Source: Nitrosospira multiformis ATCC 25196
Lineage (GTDB): Bacteria; Pseudomonadota; Gammaproteobacteria; Burkholderiales; Nitrosomonadaceae
Assembly (NCBI RefSeq): GCF_000196355.1
Contig: NC_007614.1
Coordinates: forward strand, 390,001-422,000
Reading direction: 5' to 3'
Length of the DNA stretch: 32,000 nt
Below, piece after piece: positions 25,519 through 32,000 of this stretch. A program made the position numbers and the translations under genes. Position 1 is the stretch's first letter, and each line of letters opens with the position of its first letter. Below the pieces are notes generated by a model. That model was not told the origin of the DNA, ran no database searches, and saw only the letters and a program-made list of their open reading frames with translations.

Positions 25519-26286
25519 ATGACGCTTCCCCGCTTTTACTGCCCTATCGAAATTCTTGCGGGACAGACCCTGGAATTGCCCTCAGCAGTTGCGCATCATG
25601 CCGCTCGCGTCCTGAGACTCGAGGCAGGCGATGAAGTCGTGTTGTTCAATGGCGACGGTGGAGAATTCACGTGTGTCATTTTGCGAGCCAGCAAGCAGGG
25701 TGTGGATGTTGTCGTCGAAAGGCATGTACAGGTCGAGCGCGAATCCCCGCTTACCATTCTGCTTGCTCAAGCGGTGTGCATGGGTGAAAAGATGGACTGG
25801 ATCGTGCAGAAAGCAGTGGAACTGGGTGTAACCCGGATTCAGCCTCTCATTACCAAGCAGAGTGTCGTGAGACTTGGCGGCGAACGCGGGGAAAAACGCG
25901 TGAGCCATTTGCAAAAAGTCGTTATCTCCGCATGCGAGCAATGCGGCAGAAACCATGTGCCGGAAGTGCTGCCGCTCGCGACCCTCCGGAACTGGCTGGG
26001 TAGGCAAACCGAAGCACGCAGAATGTCCAGTGACAGTCTTTCCCCCGATGCTTGCTTCATGCTCTCGCCTTTTGCAACAAAGGGTTTGCGGGATTTCAAG
26101 CACTCTTCGAATATCGGCTCGATCATTTTGCTCGTGGGGCCCGAAGGAGGGTTTACCCAGGATGAGGAAGCGGCTGCAATGGTTGCGGGTTTCATTCCAT
26201 TGCGTCTGGGTCACCGCATACTGCGAACGGAGAGCGCCGCACTGGCGGCAGTGGGAGCAATGCAGGCGCTATGGGGTGATTATTGA
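25519..26286 (+). CDS. rsmE: 16S rRNA (uracil(1498)-N(3))-methyltransferase
   Basis: MTLPRFYCP...HHAARVLRLEAGDEVVLFNG...LLVGPEGGFTQDEEAAAMVAGFIPLRLGHRILRTESAALAAV; ATG 25519 preferred to TTG 25486. Confidence 0.93.
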   Translation: MTLPRFYCPIEILAGQTLELPSAVAHHAARVLRLEAGDEVVLFNGDGGEFTCVILRASKQGVDVVVERHVQVERESPLTILLAQAVCMGEKMDWIVQKAVELGVTRIQPLITKQSVVRLGGERGEKRVSHLQKVVISACEQCGRNHVPEVLPLATLRNWLGRQTEARRMSSDSLSPDACFMLSPFATKGLRDFKHSSNIGSIILLVGPEGGFTQDEEAAAMVAGFIPLRLGHRILRTESAALAAVGAMQALWGDY

Positions 26287-26288
26287 TC

Positions 26289-27617
26289 ATGGATTTTGTG
26301 ACCTGGTTCCGGTCGGTAGCGCCTTATATCAACAGCTTCCGTCATAAAGTTTTCGTAGTCGCTTTCGGCGGGGAAGTCGTTGCGGACGGGAAATTCATCG
26401 AACTCGTACACGATCTCAATCTGCTCGCCAGCTTAGGCGTACGTCTGGTGCTGGTGCACGGTGCGCGCCCACAGATCGAGTCGCGCTTAAACGAACATGA
26501 TCTGCAGACGACATATATACGGGGTATGCGCGTCACCGATGCGGCTGCGTTGCAGTGTGTCAAGGAATCGATAGGGCGGGTACGTGTCGAAATCGAAGCG
26601 CTGCTGTCAATGGGTTTGCCGAATTCACCGATGGCCAACGCTGCAATTCGCGTCGCCAGCGGCAACTTTGTTACTGCACGGCCAATCGGCGTGATAGAGG
26701 GTATTGACCTGATGCATACCGGAGAAGTACGCAAGGTGGATATTTCCGCCATCCGCTCGCGGCTCGAGCAGGGTGAGTTGGCATTACTGTCGCCGCTTGG
26801 CTACTCCCCTACCGGCGAGATCTTTAATTTGACACTGGAAAATGTCGCAGCTGAGGCTGCAATCGCTCTCAAGGCCGAGAAACTCATATTTCTGATGGAT
26901 ACCCAGGGGATCGAAAAGAGCACTGCAGACAGCGAACAGGCGTTGCTGCTGCGGGAACTGACGGTGGGGGAGGGCAGGAGCCTACTTAAGGAGTTTGGGA
27001 GGAAAATGGTACAACTTGCCGAGGATGCGCAGCTTTATCTGCCTTTTGCCCTGCACGCCTGTGAACGCGGAGTATCGCGCGTCCACCTCATAAGCCGGCA
27101 CGTGGATGGCGCTATTTTACAGGAGCTATTCACCCACAGCGGCATCGGGACAATGATATCCGAAGGTCCGTTGCAAAACCTGCGGGATGCCCGAATAGAG
27201 GACGTGGGCGCGATTTTGCAACTGATCGAGCCTCTCGAAGCGGACGGGACGTTGGTGCGGCGGAGTCGCGAGTTGCTGGAGATGGAGATTGATCGTTTCG
27301 TCGTGATCGAGCATGATCGCATGATTGTCGGCTGTGCGGCGCTCTATCCTTTTCCGGACGACATGGCGGGCGAGCTCGCCTGTCTTACCGTTCATCCTGA
27401 CTATCGTAGTGCGGGCTGTGGAGATGCGCTGCTCAAGGCTATCGAGGCGAAGGCGAGATCCCAGGGCAGTAAAAAACTGTTCGTCCTTACCACCCGGACA
27501 GCCCACTGGTTCGTCGAGCGCGGCTTCCTTTCAGCAGACGTCAGTCAATTACCCAAGGTGAAGCAGGGGCTATACAATTATCAACGGCGCTCGAAGGTAT
27601 TTATGAAACCCCTTTAA
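26289..27617 (+). CDS. argA: N-acetylglutamate synthase (amino-acid N-acetyltransferase)
   Basis: Amino-acid-kinase-like domain [12 protein letters not shown]...[15 protein letters not shown] plus C-terminal GNAT domain [39 protein letters not shown]. Confidence 0.94.
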   Translation: MDFVTWFRSVAPYINSFRHKVFVVAFGGEVVADGKFIELVHDLNLLASLGVRLVLVHGARPQIESRLNEHDLQTTYIRGMRVTDAAALQCVKESIGRVRVEIEALLSMGLPNSPMANAAIRVASGNFVTARPIGVIEGIDLMHTGEVRKVDISAIRSRLEQGELALLSPLGYSPTGEIFNLTLENVAAEAAIALKAEKLIFLMDTQGIEKSTADSEQALLLRELTVGEGRSLLKEFGRKMVQLAEDAQLYLPFALHACERGVSRVHLISRHVDGAILQELFTHSGIGTMISEGPLQNLRDARIEDVGAILQLIEPLEADGTLVRRSRELLEMEIDRFVVIEHDRMIVGCAALYPFPDDMAGELACLTVHPDYRSAGCGDALLKAIEAKARSQGSKKLFVLTTRTAHWFVERGFLSADVSQLPKVKQGLYNYQRRSKVFMKPL

Positions 27618-27724
27618 CCAGCCCTCAGATTCTGGCTGCTGGAGCGACTATCCTGTCGCGTAATCAAACGGTGCGGCGCACGGCGCTCTGGTGGTCTGCC
27701 TTTTGTTATATTTCGGAGACAGCA

Positions 27725-27997
27725 ATGGGAAGAACCGTAAATTGCATCAAGCTCGGGCGGGAGCTGGAAGGTCTGGATTTTCCGCCTTATCCTGGCGAGC
27801 TGGGAAAGCGTATTTTTGAGAATGTCTCGAAAGAGGCATGGGCGGGCTGGATCAGGCACCAAACCATGCTGGTCAACGAGTATCATTTGAATCTGTCGGA
27901 CATCAAGGCGCGCAAATATCTGGCCGAACAGCTGGATGCGTATTTCTTTGGAAGCGGTGCGGAACAACCTCGCGGCTATGTGCCTCTTGCCAAATAA
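27725..27997 (+). CDS. yggX: Fe(2+)-trafficking / oxidative damage protection protein
   Basis: [56 protein letters not shown]; start corrected from track start 27671. Confidence 0.95.
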   Translation: MGRTVNCIKLGRELEGLDFPPYPGELGKRIFENVSKEAWAGWIRHQTMLVNEYHLNLSDIKARKYLAEQLDAYFFGSGAEQPRGYVPLAK

Positions 27998-28051
27998 TGT
28001 CGGAGAGCACGGCAGCTTGAAGTGATTGCATTGGATATATTCAGAGACGGC

Positions 28052-30127
28052 ATGACCGATTCCAGAGCTTCCGGTCAATTCCTCAATCGAGAGGTTGGCC
28101 AGATTGAATTCAACCGAAGGGTGCTTGCCCAAGCGGAAAATGAGGAAACCCCCCTTCTTGAGCGCCTGAAGTTTCTTTGCATTGTCAGCAGTAACCTGGA
28201 CGAGTTCTTCGAGGTTCGTGTCGCGGGGATCAAGGAGCAGATCAAACTCGATACACGCGGTTTTGATCCAGCTGGCATGCTACCGCATCAGATATTCAAA
28301 TTGGTGAGCGAGCAGGCGCATGCGCTGGTGGCGCGGCAGTACGCGTTGCTGAACCAGCAGATTTTGCCCGGCCTTGCCAATGAGGGAATCCATTTTCTGC
28401 GGCGCGCGACCTGGAATGACGCACAGCGCACGTGGATCAAGTCTTACTTCTTTCGCGAAATGATGCCGGTGCTGACTCCCATCGGTCTTGACATTTCACA
28501 CCCCTTTCCTCGAGTGCTTAACAAGAGTCTGAATTTTGCAGTAGAACTCGAGGGCAAGGACGCCTTCGGGCGTAATTCCGGAGTTGCCATCGTGCAGGCC
28601 CCGCGCGTGCTGCCCAGGCTGATTCAGTTGCCGCCTGAAATCAGCAGCAGCACTTATAATTTCGTGTTTCTCTCTTCCATCCTGCATGCACACGTAGGGG
28701 AATTATTCGCCGGGATGAATGTGCTCGGCTGCTATCAATTCCGCGCCACGCGCAATAGCGATCTGTTCGTGGATGAGGAAGAGGTCAAGAATCTGCGCAT
28801 TGCGCTACAGGGTGAACTGCCGCAGCGCCATTTCGGCAACGCGGTGAGACTGGAAGTGGCGGACAACTGTCCCCCGCATATGTCGGCCTTTCTGCTGGAG
28901 CAGCTCGGCCTTGCCCAGGAGGATTTCTATCAGGTAGAGGGGCCCGTAAACCTGGCGCGGATGATGCACGTCTTCGAACGTATAGACCGGCCTGATCTGC
29001 GATATCTGTCTTTCATCCCGGGTTTGCCGCTGACGCTGCAAAAGAAAAAAGCGTCCGACATTTTTCAGTTGATTCGCAAGAACGATATCCTGTTACACCA
29101 TCCCTATCAGTCGTTTCAGCCGGTGATTCATTTTCTCCAGCAGGCTGCAACCGATCCCGATGTGGTCGCCATCAAGCAGACCGTATATCGTACCGGTGCC
29201 GATTCCCAGGTCATGACCGCCCTTATCGCCGCTGCGAGCAGCGGAAAAGAGGTCACCGTGGTGGTGGAGCTGCTGGCCCGGTTTGATGAAGAGGCCAATA
29301 TCAACTGGGCCAGCCGGCTGGAGAATGTGGGGGCGCATGTGGTGTATGGAGTGGTAGGCCATAAGACACATGCAAAGATGGCAATGATAGTGCGGCGTGA
29401 GGAGGGCAGCCTTCGGCGTTACGTGCATGTCGGCACCGGCAATTATCATGCCAGCACCGCCCGGCTTTATACCGATTTCGGCTTGTTCAGCTGCCAGGAG
29501 GATTTCTGCGCCGATGTGAACGAGGTTTTCACGCAGCTTACGGGACTGGGCAAGGCGGGAAAACTCAAATATCTCTGGCAATCTCCCTTCAGTTTCCATA
29601 GCCAGATGATCGCCTCCATTGAGAACGAAGCCCAGAATGCGAAAGCAGGAAAGCCTGCCCGAATTATCGCAAAGATGAACGCATTGCTGGAACCGGGGGT
29701 TATCAAGGCCCTCTATGCCGCTTCCGAGGCAGGCGTAAAGATCGATCTCATTGTTCGCGGGGTTTGCGCCCTGCGGCCCGGCATCAAAGGGCTCTCGGAG
29801 AACATTCGGGTACGCTCCATTATCGGCCGCTTTCTCGAGCACAGCCGGATTTTCTATTTTCGCAATGGCGGTGCTTACGATATCTACCTTTCCAGCGCCG
29901 ACTGGATGGATCGAAACTTTTTTCGAAGGATCGAGATCTGCTTTCCGGTTCTGGAGCCAAAGCTGAAAAAGCGCGTGCTCGAGGAAGGTCTGTATGTATT
30001 TCTGAAGGACAATTGCCAAGCCTGGGAAATGGACAGCGAGGGTCGTTATCATCTGAGGCAGTCCGGTCAGCGCAAGAAGCAAAGTGCTCAGGAGACGCTG
30101 CTGATGGAACTGGCCGCCGCGCAATAG
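28052..30127 (+). CDS. ppk1: Polyphosphate kinase 1
   Basis: NREVGQIEFNRRVLAQAENEETPLLERLKFLCIVSSNLDEFFEVRVAG; HPYQSFQPV, KMAMIVRREEGSLRRYVHVGTGNYHASTARLYTDFGL; start 28052 (ATG) or 28022 (GTG). Confidence 0.96.
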   Translation: MTDSRASGQFLNREVGQIEFNRRVLAQAENEETPLLERLKFLCIVSSNLDEFFEVRVAGIKEQIKLDTRGFDPAGMLPHQIFKLVSEQAHALVARQYALLNQQILPGLANEGIHFLRRATWNDAQRTWIKSYFFREMMPVLTPIGLDISHPFPRVLNKSLNFAVELEGKDAFGRNSGVAIVQAPRVLPRLIQLPPEISSSTYNFVFLSSILHAHVGELFAGMNVLGCYQFRATRNSDLFVDEEEVKNLRIALQGELPQRHFGNAVRLEVADNCPPHMSAFLLEQLGLAQEDFYQVEGPVNLARMMHVFERIDRPDLRYLSFIPGLPLTLQKKKASDIFQLIRKNDILLHHPYQSFQPVIHFLQQAATDPDVVAIKQTVYRTGADSQVMTALIAAASSGKEVTVVVELLARFDEEANINWASRLENVGAHVVYGVVGHKTHAKMAMIVRREEGSLRRYVHVGTGNYHASTARLYTDFGLFSCQEDFCADVNEVFTQLTGLGKAGKLKYLWQSPFSFHSQMIASIENEAQNAKAGKPARIIAKMNALLEPGVIKALYAASEAGVKIDLIVRGVCALRPGIKGLSENIRVRSIIGRFLEHSRIFYFRNGGAYDIYLSSADWMDRNFFRRIEICFPVLEPKLKKRVLEEGLYVFLKDNCQAWEMDSEGRYHLRQSGQRKKQSAQETLLMELAAAQ

Positions 30128-30198
30128 AGGCGGTAGTTCTCAGGAATTTGGCGTTATGCCCTGGCAGTAAATAGCCGCTCCGATAATCGGAAAAAACC

Positions 30199-31758
30199 AT
30201 GCCGCTCGAAATCGAACTCAAATTAAGATTATCACCCGAGGACGTCGGCCGGCTTCGAGGTGATCCGTTACTGACATCGCTTACTGTCTCCCGCCCCGTT
30301 AGCCAGAAACTTTTCACTGCCTATTACGACACACCTGATCTGTATCTTCAGAGGCATCAGATGGCGCTCCGGTTGCGACATATCGGAAGAAAATGGATAC
30401 AGTCCATCAAAGGAGGGGGGGAAGCTGCTCTTGGATTGCATCAGCGTCACGAATGGGAATCCATGGTGCCGACAGGGCGACCCGATTTCTCTCAAATAAC
30501 CGATCCGTCTCTCATCCGCCTGTTCGACGGTGCCGAATCGCACGGTCAATTATGTGTTCTGTTTACGACCGACTTCCAGCGCAGCAAGCGCGTGTTGCGC
30601 CTGGTGGACGGAAGCGAGATCGAATTTTCGCTGGATCGGGGAGTGATCAGAACGCCGGCTGATTTTACCAGCGAGATTTGTGAAATCGAGCTCGAACTGA
30701 AGTCGGGAAGTGCGCAGTCGCTATACCAGTTCGCGCTGGATATATTGCACATCGTTCCTTTCAGATTGGAAAACACAAGCAAAGCCGAGCGGGGCTATAG
30801 ACTCGTTACCGGCTTCAAACCCACGCCCATCAGGGCGGCAGCTGTTCGACTCGAAACGGAAATGAAATTGGGCGAAGCCATCAAGGTGATCGCTTGGAAT
30901 TGCCTGGATCACTTGCATGGCAACGAGGCAGGCATGCTACAACACCAGGATCCGGAGTATCTGCACCAGATGCGCGTGGCATTACGCAGGATACGTACAG
31001 CCCGCCGTGTTTTTGCCCGGGCATTTGCTGCAACCGGGTTTGCTTCTGCCACCTCGGACTTGAAATGGCTATCGCGTTCCCTCGGGGGGGCGCGGGACTG
31101 GGACGTATTCGTATCGGAAACATTAAGCGAAGTGAGGAATTACTTTCATGAGCGCCCCGGTATTTTTGCCTTATGGGAAGAGTGCGAGCAGATACGGCAA
31201 AACCACAATGAGGCGGCATGTGAGGCGGTAGGATCTACCCGATACACGGAGGCAATGCTGAGGCTGGGGGCTTGGCTGAACGCTGAAATCCGGCTTCTGG
31301 CACCTGATTCGCAGCAGAGTGAATTGCGAAAGACTGGGTTGGAATGGCCGGTGAAGAAATTCGCAGACAGTGCGCTGTCGCATGGGCACGAAAAATTGAA
31401 AAAGTATTACAAAAGGGCGGAAGGGCAGAGTTCAGAGGCGGTACATGCCCTGCGCATTGCGGTGAAAGAACAGCGATATACCGCTGAATTTTTCTCAGAC
31501 CTGTATCGCCGAAAAAGGGTGAAGCGCTACATCAAGTCTCTGACTGGGTTGCAGGAAACGCTGGGCGCGGTAATTGATACTACCGTGACCGAACGATTGC
31601 TGAATGAAGTCGGAGTTGCTGAAGGCAGGGACGAGAATGACGGCATGTGCGAGGCAAGGGGTATTGTCCTCGGTTGGACCGTCCAGCGTGGACTGATGAA
31701 AAGAAGTGAGCTTGATGAGATATGGGGGGATTTCGCGAAAAAGGAAGTGTTCTGGTAG
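30199..31758 (+). CDS. CYTH and CHAD domain-containing protein (inorganic triphosphatase-like)
   Basis: N-terminal MPLEIELKLRLSPED (ExExK CYTH motif); C-terminal CHAD helices HLHQMRVALRRIRTARRVF, VHALRIAVKEQRYTAEFFSDLY; adjacent to ppk1. Confidence 0.92.
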   Translation: MPLEIELKLRLSPEDVGRLRGDPLLTSLTVSRPVSQKLFTAYYDTPDLYLQRHQMALRLRHIGRKWIQSIKGGGEAALGLHQRHEWESMVPTGRPDFSQITDPSLIRLFDGAESHGQLCVLFTTDFQRSKRVLRLVDGSEIEFSLDRGVIRTPADFTSEICEIELELKSGSAQSLYQFALDILHIVPFRLENTSKAERGYRLVTGFKPTPIRAAAVRLETEMKLGEAIKVIAWNCLDHLHGNEAGMLQHQDPEYLHQMRVALRRIRTARRVFARAFAATGFASATSDLKWLSRSLGGARDWDVFVSETLSEVRNYFHERPGIFALWEECEQIRQNHNEAACEAVGSTRYTEAMLRLGAWLNAEIRLLAPDSQQSELRKTGLEWPVKKFADSALSHGHEKLKKYYKRAEGQSSEAVHALRIAVKEQRYTAEFFSDLYRRKRVKRYIKSLTGLQETLGAVIDTTVTERLLNEVGVAEGRDENDGMCEARGIVLGWTVQRGLMKRSELDEIWGDFAKKEVFW

Positions 31759-31862
31759 CCGCCCCAGCCTGCCGGGGTGGTGATTGCAAGTGCAAGATCG
31801 GGGCCAGCCGGCAGCTCTGGAAGTTCGAGCAATTCGACCGGGCACTTTAGCCTCCGGTAATA

Positions 31863-31891
31863 AAAAGGCGAACCGTATCGGCTCGCCTTTT
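31863..31891. terminator. Bidirectional rho-independent terminator between convergent genes
   Basis: AAAAGGCGA ... TCGCCTTTT, 9-bp perfect stem with inner CCG-TAT-CGG pairing, between the CYTH-CHAD stop and a minus-strand stop at 31965. Confidence 0.8.
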
Positions 31892-31964
31892 ATCCCGTTC
31901 GAATTCCAGTTGCTTATAAAACCAGCGCTGGCGGTTGAACTGGTGGAACTGTCAGTTTGCCTGA

Positions 31965-32000
31965 TTACTTGATGACGGCTTTCAATTCCCCCTTCGCGTA
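31965..32000 (-). CDS. C-terminal end of an unidentified minus-strand gene (truncated by window)
   Basis: Reverse complement reads ...YAKGELKAVIK followed by TAA; supported by the convergent terminator; too short to identify. Confidence 0.35.
   Translation of the reverse strand, partial: YAKGELKAVIK

Noticed and set aside
29093-30124. 343-aa minus-strand ORF antisense to ppk1
   Set aside because: It mirrors a strongly supported ppk1 CDS; no recognisable domain, no start context; typical antisense ORF in GC-rich coding DNA.
1-32000. CRISPR arrays, tRNA/rRNA genes, insertion sequences or phage genes
   Set aside because: Reading the window, no regularly spaced repeats, tRNA-like cloverleafs, transposase motifs or phage structural genes were found. 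A systematic tRNAscan/ISfinder/CRISPR search was not possible.

Overview
The window looks like chromosomal DNA from a betaproteobacterium, possibly Nitrosospira-like (inferred from gene content only). Two housekeeping blocks flank an accessory region. Left block: aceE 3' end, aceF, nadD, rsfS, rlmH, maf, rng. Right block: inositol-monophosphatase-family gene, redoxin, rsmE, argA, yggX, ppk1, CYTH-CHAD. The region between them (about 6.5-23.5 kb) looks like a PEP-CTERM/exosortase-associated envelope and small-molecule locus. It encodes a PEP-CTERM-system acyltransferase, a LolA-like protein, a LolD/MacB-like ATPase with two FtsX-type permeases, a DUF1302-like outer-membrane barrel, a GT1-type glycosyltransferase, a stand-alone E2-like acyltransferase domain whose HRxxDG motif reads RRLMGG, a PEP-CTERM protein, a ThiF(E1-like)-nitroreductase fusion, a second FeeM-like acyltransferase, and a PrsT-like TPR lipoprotein. 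The most notable non-coding signal is a pair of nearly identical sigma-54 (-24/-12) promoter matches (AAAGATGGCATNGGNATTGCTTG). One lies upstream of the PEP-CTERM gene and one upstream of the FeeM-like/ThiF-nitroreductase pair, which suggests co-regulation. My working hypothesis is a sigma-54-controlled pathway that makes and exports an N-acyl-amino-acid-like or otherwise acylated and glycosylated envelope metabolite. The biochemistry is inference. No database searches were run.
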